Assembly (NCBI GenBank): GCA_016748015.1
Contig: JAAOMT010000187.1
Location: 46,448-110,447, forward strand
Direction of reading: 5' to 3'
Length of the DNA stretch: 64,000 bases
Source of the DNA: Geosiphon pyriformis uo1
Taxonomy: Eukaryota; Fungi; Glomeromycota
The position numbers and the translations under genes were made by a program. Under the pieces are notes generated by a model. That model was not told the origin of the DNA, searched no databases, and saw only the letters and a list, made by a program, of their open reading frames with translations. Positions 1-12,470 of the stretch are shown one piece after another; positions within the stretch are counted from its first letter, which is position 1; each line of letters opens with the position of its first letter.

Positions 1-113
<113 letters not shown>

Positions 114-138
114 AAAAAAAAATATATTATAATCTTAC

Positions 139-1113
139 CTTTTCTTTGATTCCAATGCAATTTAAGCTTTCTACGATCACTTTTACTTTCATCATAATAA
201 AGAGTGATACTAGATATTTTTTCATCATTATAATCTTGTAACTCAAAATCGTACAACTCTTCTATTAATTTAATCTTATCAAAAATTTGAGATGCATGGT
301 GATCGAATGATGTAGAAATTTCCGCAACTTCTCCAAGCTTATTCCAATCACGAATCTTAATTATTCTTTCAGGAAGACGAAAAAATAATTGTCGACCAAA
401 GAATAAATCCATTCGGACCTCTTTTGCCTCCGTCTCGGTGGGATCAACTTCGAAAAGTGCCGTATAAATTTCATCCAGGCAATTTCCCAACCTCTCGGTC
501 GTATTGAATACACGCGTTACGAAAAATTTTTTGTTTGATGATGATCTGGTGGACAATTTTTCGAAAGCGTCGGCTAGATCATCCGTCAAATCATCATCAA
601 TACAAGTTTTTTTAACTTTATCTACCTCAATTTTCTTCGACACATATTCTGCATAATAATTTTGTCGGCCTCTCGAGTGAACATTGATGTCTTCACCGCG
701 AAATTCATGAAATTCAATTAAACCCTTAGCAGGGTCGGTCCCAGCAACCTCCAAAAGTACAAAACCGATCCTAGGAACGACTGGGGGTAAATTCTTTTCT
801 AACGCTTCTTTAATCAGAGCTTTTGCGTGTGTCCGCTCATGATAGGATCCACTGATTTGGGCCACATTTTCTTTTACATGTATTCTAGCACCTGATTCGG
901 CCCTGTTGACAATTTTTTATATGAATTTCAAATTTGGGATATTGTAAAGAACGAAAACTTTTATCGGTCGTTCTTAAAATTTTACTTTATTCTTTCAATT
1001 GTTGAACCTTTACGGCCAATCACGATTCCTACTTGACCTTCAGGAATAGGATAATTCTCACTAGTTTTGTAAAAATTTCCTTGTCCACTGGAATCTAGTC
1101 GAGAAAAAGACAT
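139..1113 (-). CDS. KH-domain RNA-binding protein, 3'-partial; exons 1113-986 and 902-139, continues beyond the window
   Basis: Spliced translation MSFSRLDSSGQGNFYKTSENYPIPEGQVGIVIGRKGSTIERIK/AESGARIHVKENVAQISGSYHERTHAKALI is a type-I KH domain with a GxxG loop. GT..CAG intron 985-903 keeps the frame; second donor GTAAG at 138. Absent from the ORF track because the frame runs off the window. Confidence 0.88.
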
Positions 1114-1401
1114 TATTCTACCGACATGCGATAAAAAGGTAAAAAGACTGCTTATCCTTTATTTTCAAGTATAATTACTATGTTAGGAATTTTACTGCGC
1201 GAAGGCTTGATATAAGCCTGATTTATAAAATTTCCACGGCTATATGGTGCTGTTTTATAGTTAAAAACAGATTTCCCAGCATAGAAAAAATGTTTGATCC
1301 CTTTAACGAATCGATAAATATTTGGACCACCTATAATGAGAGCATGTTATATATTCAAAGAGATAATGGAAGCTAAAAGGAACCCTATATTGAATCTTTG
1401 T

Positions 1402-3205
1402 TTATGATTTATTGGCTTGATTGGAATTTAATTTACCCAAGATTTTCAATACATCCTCTGTCCTCACTAATTTCTCACGCGGTTTTCCTTTCAGGCGTCC
1501 CATTTCATTCTCCATTTCCTCAACTTTCTTCCAATCATCATAAGATACAGTACGTATTCCACGTTTCTCTAACGATGGTAGTATGGCATTAAAACCTTGC
1601 TTGACTTCCTTATTATGATTAGGTATCATGGGTTTTTTTAATTTAAGGTCTGAAAGGATAACTTCAGCTGTTTCGAATGCATCATACATGGTAGCTGCGA
1701 TAACTCCAGATGGCCCACGCTTTATCCAACCAGAAACATAGAATCCTGGAACCTGAAATGTAATAGTTATGATTAATTTCACGATCCTAATAATATAAGG
1801 CTCAGGAAAAATACCTCTTTTCCGTTTTCGTCCAAAACTTTGCCTTTCTCATTCGGGACTAGCCCTTTTTGATGATCGAATGGTACACCCTCTAACGGAA
1901 TGCTTCGATATCCAAGGCTTTTAATGACTAGACTCGTCTCAAGTTTTTCCAACTGGTCTGTTGAGATTGCCCTTTTTTTTTCTATAGGGCCCTCGAGTTT
2001 ATTTACGCTTAACAACAAACCTTTGACATAAGGTGGATCATTTTCGAAATCGGGAATCAATTCAATTGGACTTCTCAAAAATTTAAGTGTCCACGATTTT
2101 TCCCCTGATTTGTCATCATTTATGCCTTTTTCGATGATTTGCATCAAGCGCTTCAAAGGTCGCTCTTGGGAGATATATTTAGAATGTGTTGAGAGTTCTT
2201 CTTTCACAAACCCAAAATCAGTGAAGAATTTCGTGTTAGGAAGTTTCATCATCTCACGTAGTTCTTTGGCGGTGAAAGATACCTAATAGAGACAAAAGCT
2301 ACGTGAATATTAAAAGGTGAAGAAAAATTCATAACATATGAAAAAAAGAGGGGGGGGGGAATAATACCTGTAATGGGCCTCTCCTCCCCAAAATGATAAC
2401 ATTGCGAATTTTACTATTTTTGATTATATTTAATGCATGCTCTGTAATGTCTGTCTTTTCTAATTGCGTTGTATCCATCAATAAAATTCTTGCAACATCC
2501 AATGCAACGTTCCCATGACCAATTACAACAGCTGTCTCAGAACGGGTCAAATCAGGGTTTAAATCGTGATATTGTGGCAATCCATTATACCAACCAACAA
2601 ATTCTCGAGCAGAAAAAACATTCTTCAGAGAACCATCTTCATATTTAATGCCTAAAGATTTTTCTTCTGTTGCCCCGTAAGATAAAACAATTGCATCGTA
2701 GTGTTTTTTAAGATCCTCAACAGTGAGGTCCTTATTCACACTCACATTTCCCACAAAATTGTATCGTGGATCAAGCGCAACCTCGTCAAATTTGTGTTGG
2801 GCGTTCTATTATATCATGTTACCCAGTGTGGACCCAGACATACAGTGCTAGCTAAGCTAAGGAGAAAATTACCTTAACTTCAGGATGATCAGGAGCCACT
2901 CCGTAACGCACCAAACCATGAGGAATAGGAAGGGCATCATACATATCCACAAAAGCGTAGGAGCAACCCTTCAAAACACGTTGGGCTGTATAAAAACCAG
3001 CGGGACCACTACCAATAATTGCGAGCCGAAAAGAGTGTTGACTGGCCAAATTGGAAGTCGTCCTGGAGTGTTTCTTAAAATTCGATCCATGTGAAGCTTG
3101 AGAGCCTCGAGGGCCATAGAAAATCCGTGTTCGAATTTGAACCTCCAGATAATTACTAGCTTTCTTATAAATCTGTTTCGGCGAAACACGCCCAAAAATT
3201 GACAT
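1402..3205 (-). CDS. ARH1: Mitochondrial NADPH:adrenodoxin (ferredoxin) oxidoreductase; exons 3205-2873, 2805-2368, 2282-1815, 1752-1402
   Basis: FAD motif AIIGSGPAGFY, GLVRYGVAPDHPEVK, NADP motif VIGHGNVALDVAR, GRRGPLQ/VSFTAKELRE and GWIKRGPSGVI. Arg/Ser-rich presequence-like N-terminus. Three GT-AG introns join the four track ORFs in frame. Confidence 0.95.
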
Positions 3206-3286
3206 TTCAGCATAAAATTCGCTTTTGACTTTTTTTTACCGGCCCACATTTTTCCAGCACTGCGCCACATCAGATCTGATAAATTA

Positions 3287-3360
<74 letters not shown>

Positions 3361-4324
3361 GACATAATTAATCAAAATAATAATATACATGTTCTGATCT
3401 CATTTATTAAGAAAATGAATTTGTAAATTTGCTATAAATTGAAAATTTGGTTATTGACTATAATTTTAATTTTAATTTACTTTTTAAACCTGAAATAATA
3501 ATATTAATTTATATATTTTTTTTTTTACATTATAAAGTTTTCAATATAATAAATAGTTTTTTGATTTAAAAAATATTAAATGTTTAATAATACATATTTT
3601 AATTAAATATTTTTATTTAATAAATAGTTTATTTTATTTTATTTTATTTTATTTTATTTTATTTTATTATATTTAAACAATTAAAATAATAAAAAATTAC
3701 AATTATAAAAATAAATATATATATATATAATAATTAATTATAAATAAAAATTTAATAAATAATATTTATATAACAAGTATTATTATTTATTATTTATTAT
3801 TTATTTAAAATCTACATTTATAATAAACTTATATAAATAAGATAAAATATATTAATTTGTAATTAGATTTAAATTTAAATAATTTTAAAAAAAATAACAT
3901 ATGTAAATTAAATAATATATAATATATTTATACACTAAGTTTAAAATAAAATTTTAAATATTCGAAATATTAGAAATACAATAATTTAAATATTAAGAAT
4001 ATTTTTTATCAAAACATTTTATTTTATATAATGTATAGATAAGAACTACGGAAATTTCTTCCAGCTTTACGGGCCAGACCGGACTGCGGATTGATTACCA
4101 AGCCACCATTTAATACTCTTGTTCTTTTAGCTGCGGCATCAGTGAATCCGTCATTGTAACGTCACCTGAGCCTAACCTTTATTTAATAGGTTCTTTTTCA
4201 CCCAATTTACTTTCCAACCTTTCTTTGTCGTTTATTGCGTTCACCCTTCTCTTTATAACGACGACTTCTTTCTACTTGAAAAGTTTTCTTCCTGATTAAC
4301 ACACCCTAACAGATTTTCACAAAT
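3206..4324. promoter_or_regulatory. Divergent ARH1/ATG8 intergenic promoter region with a very AT-rich core (~3400-4035)
   Basis: Head-to-head genes; GC-normal proximal segments flank the AT block; CRE-like TAACGTCA near 4157; pyrimidine-rich stretch before ATG8. Confidence 0.5.
3287..3360. repeat. (TTA)n microsatellite
   Basis: About 24 perfect ATT units upstream of ARH1. Confidence 0.95.
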
Positions 4325-4999
4325 ATGAGGTCAAAATTCAAGGATGAGCACCCTTTTGGTAGGTTGGCTTCATACTTTTAAAAGGGTATTTAATTACTCC
4401 AGATAAATAGCTCAAAAGAAAAAAAAAAGGGGATAGAATTTATAATATTCGCTCTAAAATTTTTACCACTTTTTAAATTTTGTTAAGAAAAACGCAAGGC
4501 TGAAGCTGAACGGATCAGACAAAAATATCCAGATAGAATTCCGGTTAGTTGATTATATTGAATACCTATGAGTGAGAGACTAGATGATCGTTATTCAAAT
4601 TTTACGGTAAGATTGACACCATAACTCTTTTCCTCCTTAGGTTATCTGTGAGAAAGTTGAAAAGTCGGATATTGCAACTATTGACAAAAAGAAGTACCTT
4701 GTCCCAGCTGATTTAACTGTTGGTCAATTCGTTTATGTGATACGAAAAAGAATTAAGTTAAGCCCTGAAAAGGCTATCTTCATCTTTGTTGATGAAGTCC
4801 TTCCCCCCACAGCTGCTTTGATGTCAAGTATTTACGAGGAACATAAAGATGATGATGGATTCTTATATATTACGTAAGTTCTACAAAAATTATTTGTTGT
4901 TAAAAAAGATTTAGTCAATAAAGATAATTTGTAATTATATGAAATCTCACATTTTTTTCCATAAATAGCTATTCTGGCGAAAATACTTTCGGTTTTTAA
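4325..4999 (+). CDS. ATG8: Autophagy ubiquitin-like protein Atg8; exons 4325-4358, 4488-4543, 4641-4873, 4969-4999
   Basis: Spliced translation [117 protein letters not shown]; canonical GT-AG introns; conserved C-terminal Gly followed by one residue. Confidence 0.98.
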
Positions 5000-5399
5000 A
5001 TTTTGGTACATAAGAAAAGTCCAAGACCTGAATTCTACGCTTGGAATATGATATGATCTTTCTACTATTATTATAGAGCTTTTAAACTTTATTATTACTT
5101 TTCATTTTTTTAGTTTTTTTCCCCGATATTAATCTTATTATTTGTATTATTTCTCCTTTAACTCTTATTGTATTAATTTTTCCTAAACTCAATAAATTTT
5201 TCAATGGTTTGAGTTTTATATATTGTGTATTAAATGTCAAGGATGAAATTATCTTAGCCTATTTATAACACTATTCGTAATAAATACGTAATTAATATTT
5301 GTTTTTGACATGAAAAATTCACATGTTTATTAAACAACTTTGTTATTTTTATACAATATTTAAGAAATGATTTGGAATTTTATGTTTATTTGTATTACC

Positions 5400-5492
5400 A
5401 ATATTTGTTTTTAATTAATTAAAATTAAATATAATAATTTAAAAAATAAAAAAAAAGCATATTTTTTTTATATTTTTTATAACTACAATCAA

Positions 5493-5526
<34 letters not shown>

Positions 5527-6750
5527 TAAAATAATTTAAAAAGCTTTGTTAATATTTATTTGAATATTTTAAAAACAAAGTATTTTTTTATTTTTAACTA
5601 AAAGTTTTTTTTATTTAAAGTTTTTTTAGTATTTTTTAAAGCATTACTATTATTTTAAAACTTGGTTGTTTTTTTTTAATATTTTGTATTATTAATATCA
5701 ATTTTAAATAATAATACTTTTTTTAATTAATAATAACAGTAATAATATATTTATTAATATAAATACAAATTAATAAATAATTATATTGTTTAATAAAATT
5801 ATTTTTAACAAATTTTTATTAATTGTAAAAACAAAATAAACTATATTTTAATATATAAATTATTTAATTATACTATAATATTATCTTAAAATTAATAACA
5901 TAAAAACTAAATAAATTATTTAAGTAAATAATTAGTTTTAATAATTTTAAAAAAAATTTTATAAATTTTAAATAATATTACTTTTTTTATAATAATTAAT
6001 AAAATTTTTGTTATTAAAACAGTTAAACAAAATATTTTTTATAATATTAATAGTAAAAAGCTATTTTTAATAACTTTTAAAATATCTTTTTTATCTTTAG
6101 TTAATAGTTTTTTTTTAATCAAAATTCATTCTAAAAAATACATTAAAATTAGTTTTAATATTATTTTTGTTTTTTTTAAGAATTTTAAAGTTTTTAATAA
6201 TAAGTGAATTAATAAATTGATTTTTTTTGCTCTTATTATTATTATTACTATTATTACTTTACAAATAGCCAAAAACTTCAAAAACTTGTATCTGTTATTA
6301 TTATATTTAATTCTTTTATAATGATAAATAAAATCTTAAATAAATTTTTTTTAATAATATTTAACTCTTTTTTTAATATAAATAACAATAATAATAATAT
6401 GTTTTTTAAAATAAATCAAAATTAACTACTAGTTATATTAACAAATATAATGTTTTTAACAAATTATTATTGGTTTTAAAAACAAAATAATATAATAAAT
6501 AGTTCTTAATTTTAAAAATTGAATTAATTAAATAAAAACTAAATTAATGTTTTTTTTTGTTTTTTGGTACTGTCTTTGATAATATTATAAGTGGATTTTT
6601 TGAATAAAATTTGGTGATTTTCATAACTTAATACTATTATAAATAAAAAATTAAAGTATTGGCTTTAATAATTAAAATCTATAATTTAGTACTAATTGGT
6701 TAATAAAGATAAGATTTTAAATGTTTTGAATCTAAAAGTTTTGGTCTTAA
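5400..6750. mobile_element. Mosaic of extremely AT-decayed retroelement fragments
   Basis: Abrupt loss of G/C and CpG after the ATG8 3' region; faint resemblance to gypsy pol segments elsewhere in the window. Confidence 0.4.
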
Positions 6751-6759
6751 GTTTTTTAT

Positions 6760-9700
6760 AATAAAAAAATATTCAATTTGTATTGTTTTTTTTAATTTTT
6801 TTTAATATAAAAACTGGTTTAATTTAACAGTTATATTTTTTTAATAAGTTATTCTTAAGTTTTTATTTTTGTTTTATAAGTTTTTTACCAAACTATTCTT
6901 AATATTAATAATCTTAATACTTAATTTCTTAATTAATTAGTATATATAAAACACAATAAATAACAGAAAATAAAATAAAAACAATAAAAAAAAATTTAAT
7001 ATTTTATTAATAATTATAATTAAAAATTATTGTTTTAATATAGTTAAATATTGAAATTTATTAGTATAAGTGTTGATAAGTAAAAGCAATAAGTATTTAA
7101 TTAAATAATTGTAATAATATACATAATACAATATATAATATGTTTATAAAAATAGATAGATTTCTATTTTAAGCTATAAATTTTTAAAATAGAATAATAG
7201 AGAGAAAATTTAATTTAGAAATTCTTGTTTTTAACTATTTGTTTTTTTTTTTAATACTACTATTATATATATATAATTCTTATTATATAAAATTTCTTAA
7301 AATTCTTTTATTCTTTTTATGTAGTATTTTGGAATTTTAAAATCTTATAATTTCAGTTAAGTAGGTTTTTAAAATTTTTGGAATTCTGAAATTCTGTAAT
7401 TTTGTTAAGTAGATTTCTGAAATTCTAAAATTTTGAAAATCTTTATAAGAAAAATTTTGGAATTTTTTTTTGTGTTTATTTTTTATTAGTTATTTTATTT
7501 AATTATTATTTTTCTTAATTTATATAAGTAATATTATCCTTTTTTTTTAATATTAAGCTCTATTGAAATTTCTTAAATTTTTTTTTTAAATTAATTTTAT
7601 TCCATAATTCTTCAAATTGAATATTGGTAATTTTTTTCAACTAATTAATAGTTATTGTATTTATAATTAAATATAATAGTATTTCTAAACAATCTTAAAA
7701 TTTTGTTTGTAGTTAATATATTGTTTTTGTATATGTGATTAAATATAAATATTGAATATTTTTTTAGTTTTATTTGTATACAAATTTTGAATATTTAGTT
7801 TTTTTCTTAAGTAATAATAACAAAAATTCTTAAAAAATTGTTGTGTTTATTGATTTCAATTTTTTTTAGGACAATATTACTATTATTGAGTTTTTAAAAA
7901 TTATTTTTACTTTTTTTAGTATTTTGTTTATTATATTTTTAGTGATTAATAATATGTAATATTGTAAATAGTTTTGATATCTCTGTTTTTTTCTGTGTTT
8001 TTGATTTAGATAATTTGTTAGTTAATTATAATTTTTATATTTAAATTTTTCTGTTTAATTAATTAAAACAGTTGTTATACAATTGTATAAATATTGTTTA
8101 TGATTTTTATTTTTTATTATTTTTTTGTTATATGTATTAAATCTTTATATAGTTTTAGCTAAATTTTTTAATATGTTTGTTTTAATGATAAAATTTTTTC
8201 TAATTGAACTATTATTAATAAATAATAATATTATATTGTAGTATAATTTTAGTTGATTACTATATACTGCTTTAATTAAGATTTTATTATTTTAGTTTAA
8301 TTTATATGTTCTATTTTTCAAAATTTTTTTAATGTAAAATAAACTATCTTATTTAAAATTAAACTTTTTATTCCATTATTTTTTTATTTTAGTATTATAT
8401 AATAATATTTTGTCTTTAATTTTATGTCATTTTTTTTATTTCTCTTATAATTTTTTAATATTATTAACTGCTTTTCTTTTTTTGTTTTCTAGAGTTTTTA
8501 TTAAGTCATAAGTTTTTTACAATAATATTACTTGAAAATTAACTTTTATTATTAGTTTAGTTGGATATATTTAAATGTTTATTTTAATTAATAGTATTGC
8601 TGTTTTATTATAAACTAATTTAAATAGTATTGTTTATATAATATTTTGTTTTATTGTTTTATAAGCAAATAATATTGATAGCATAAACAAATTTTATTTA
8701 TTCAAATTTTTTGGCTAATTTTGGCTATTGTTTTACATATGTTTTATTAAATTTTTTGATTAAGCCATTAATTTATAAGTAACATAATAATAAAAGTAGT
8801 CTTTTTATACCAAATTTTTAACTTAATTTTGTTAATATTCTATTTACAAAATATGTTTTTTGATTTGATAATAATTTTTTTAGATATTTATGTTAACAAA
8901 TTAAATCTTGGTGTACAAATTTGGTTATAGATTTTGTATTTGTTTTTTAAATAATTTTAACTTCTGACTATTTAATAAGATAATTTATTATTATTGCTAT
9001 ATATTATTGCTTTTGTTAGTAATAATTAATGATCTTATTAAATTAATTTTAATCCAATCAAATAATTATTTTATTTTAATTGGTCTTAGTGATTTATTGA
9101 ATTTTTTTTTTTTTTAATAAGCATTACAAATTTGAATATATTAAATAATATTTAAATATATAGATAGCTAGTAGTATTTTTTTCTGGTTTTTTTAATAAC
9201 TGCTTCTATATAAAAATATTTTGTTGTTAAATCTGAATATATGTTAAATAATATTGTTTTTTTTTGATTTTATTATTATATTAAGTAGTTGATTTAATTT
9301 TTTTCTATTTTTCTAATATAATATATTTTAATAAGTAATAAAATATTTTGATTGTTGTTTTATATTGTTTTGTTTATTTCAAAATAATTTTTTCTTGAAC
9401 TGTTAAATATTAATATAATGTTAAAGTTGTTGATATTTTTATATATTTATCTTTTAACTTATTTTTGGATTAAAATATTTTTAGATTTGTTTTATTCTAA
9501 ACAATTTGTTAGTATTTCCATTTTTTTTGTAGTGTACTGTATAATTAAATAATAATAATTTTATTTTATATTTTATATAGCAATTATTTCAAAATTTTTG
9601 TTTTTGAATAAATATCAATTCTTTGTAATTTATATATATATCAAATTTTTGACTTAAATATTTCTTTTAATTTATTATAGTTTAATATATGGCTAAATAT

Positions 9701-11400
9701 TTTAATGCTAAAGTATTATAGTTTTTTTCTGTTAAACTTAAGTTTTAATTGATATATATTACTAGATATTTTTATTTATTAGATTTTTGTTGTAATAGAA
9801 CTGTTTTTAATGTGTAATTAAATACATTAATAATAATTATAAATAATTTACTGTGATCTGAATAGATTAATACTAGAATTTGAATAAGTTTTTTTTTAAT
9901 GTATTAAAAACTTTTTGTTATTATTTTGTTCACTTATATTTGATGTTTTTTATTTAGAATTAATAAAGTAGTTGAGTCAATTTAGAAAAGTTGTAAATAA
10001 AGCATCAATAATATTTAGCAAATTTCAGAAATGCTTTTAGTTTAGTAAAATTTATTAATATTAAAAATTTTTTAACTATTTTAATTTTATTTAGATCTGT
10101 TTTTATGCTGTTTTTATTAATAACATGTTCCAAAAACTTGAGCTCTGTTTTTCTAAAAAAATACTTAGTAGTATTTAATTTTAATTTGGTTTTTTTTAAT
10201 CTTTTAAATATTTGTTTAAAATAATAAAAATAATTATTGAATGTTTTAAAAAATATATTGGTGTTATTTAAGTATATAATTACTAATTTCTATAGTATTT
10301 TAGTATAAACAATTTCTATTAGCAATTAAAAAATAACTGGTATATTGGTTAAGCTAAAAGACATAATATTAAACTCAAAATTTTTTTTTTATAATAAATA
10401 TTATTTTTTTTGTTTGCTAAATTTATGGTTATTTATTAATAACTACTATCTAAATTTAGTATTAAGAACTATTTTTTCTTCAAAAGTGTTAAATAACTCT
10501 TAAATACATAAAATTGAATAATTATTGTCATAAATAATATTGTTAAATTTTTTATAATTTACATAAAAGCAGATCTTTTTATTTTTTTTCTGATTAAAAC
10601 AACTAATAATAACTATGAATTTATAAATAATTAAATTAAAATATTGTTTAATATTTGATTGATTTTTTGTCAAATAATTTCATGATTGATAAGTTGTATT
10701 TAATATGTTTTTTGTTTAATTGGTATTATATTTTTAGTTTTAATTTAATATTAAATAATATTAGTTTTACCAAATTCATTTTTACTTGCAAAAATATAAC
10801 AAAATTGTTAAGCAACAGTTTGTTTCATATTTTTTGGAATAAGTTTAGATTGTTCAAGTTTATTTGTTCTAATTATTTTAATTATAACAAATAATATTTT
10901 TCTCTTTTATAATAATTTATAATATAATATCTACATATTTGTAAAGTTGTAAAAAATCTGGAATAGTAGTTAGTAGTTGTTTTTTAACTTTAGTATTTAA
11001 GTATTTAATAATAATTCTAATTAATAATTTTATTAGATTTTTTGTAATATTATAGATTAGAATTTTAATATATTTATGATTTTTGGTTGGTAAATATAAA
11101 TTAGTAATAGCAATTTCTTTTAATTTACAAATAGTTGATTTTATTTTAAAAACTTGGGTTTGTTTTTTAATATTTTTAAATATTTTTAAAACATATTGAT
11201 TATATAATAAAATAGAAATTAATTGATTGATTAAAATAATTTCTTTTTAATCAATTATTTTTTTTTCTATTATATTTATAAATATATTAATTTTTTTAGT
11301 TAATTCAAATCTATTAATTTTTTTTGTTATTATTTTTAACTCTTTTTTTATTTTATTAATACTAATTAAGCTATTTTAACCAAAAATAAAAATATTGCCT
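6760..11400 (-). mobile_element. Heavily decayed, 5'-truncated Ty3/gypsy relic of the A/B family (3' LTR ~6760-7533, ORF3, integrase, RNase H/RT, end of dUTPase)
   Basis: Colinear with element B: PPT/LTR junction 7530-7560 matches 29825-29860; 8290-8370 matches 30720-30800; 11310-11400 matches 34600-34700. LTR carries GAATTYYRG repeats like the solo LTR at 43668. Confidence 0.8.
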
Positions 11401-12470
11401 ATTGTTACTAAAAGTTTTTGGTCTTTTTTTTTAAATATTGTTAATATTATTTTGTTGGTAATTTCTGATTATTAGAAGCTGTTAAATTTTTGATAACTGA
11501 ATTTATTTTCAAATTATTTTCTATAATTTGAACTGCTAAACTTATAAATAAATTAACCAATTTTGTATTATTTACTTTGTGTAATTACTTTGCAGTAAAA
11601 GTCAATTTTTTCCCAAAAAATACTTATCTAAAAGCTTACTAAAAAATATAGTTATTTTATTATAAAAGTCAATTTTTCTACAAATATTTTGTTTGTAGAC
11701 TATTCTAATATATATAATAAAAAAAATGTAAAAAAAAAATTTATTAAAAGAATTGTTTTCTGTTTAGACCTAAAATTATTAACAAATTACTAAAATTAGT
11801 AGTTAATCAAATTTAAAACATTAATAAAGATTTGAAAAATTTTAAGCAAAATAATTATAATTTTTGTTGTTTTTCAATATAATTTTTATTAAAATAATTT
11901 ATATAAATACTAGAAAAAATATTTTTAATTAAGATAATTCTAACTAAGATATATTTTCTCAAAAAAAAGCTCTTTTTTTATACAATCTGTTATAATACTA
12001 ATTTATAAATTTGAATTTTTTTTTTGTTATAATTTTGAGAACCAAAAATATATTTTAACAAACTATAAGTTGTTTTTTTAAACTATAAATTATTTTAGTA
12101 AATTATTAAGATTTTTTACAATTGCTATAAATTTTGGCAAATTTTTGAATGTTATAAAGTTTAGAATATTGTATAATTTAATTATTGCATTTGTGTATTA
12201 TATAAATTAGATTATTAATTAGATAGTAATATTTAATAATTTAATTAAATAATAAGTAATAATTTAAATAATAATAATATATGCTAATTAATAATAGAAA
12301 TTATAAGAATAATTTCATGTTAATTACTAATTAAAATTCTATTAGTAACATAATTTTTTCTTTAAGACTGAGCTCTATTAAAATCCAATTACTATTTATA
12401 ATTTTTAAATAATAATCTAAGATTATTTATGTAATTTGTTTTAAAAATTGTTAAAATTTTAGTTTTATAA
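11401..12470 (-). repeat. Copy 1 of unidentified gene-like repeat X (decayed)
   Basis: 11401-12020 aligns with 63342-63980 in the same orientation, and with 45850-46297 plus 54045-54560 in inverted orientation. Confidence 0.75.

Noticed and set aside
2971-3390. 139-aa ORF with poly-Ile as a membrane protein
   Set aside because: Translation of the (TTA)n microsatellite, out of frame with ARH1
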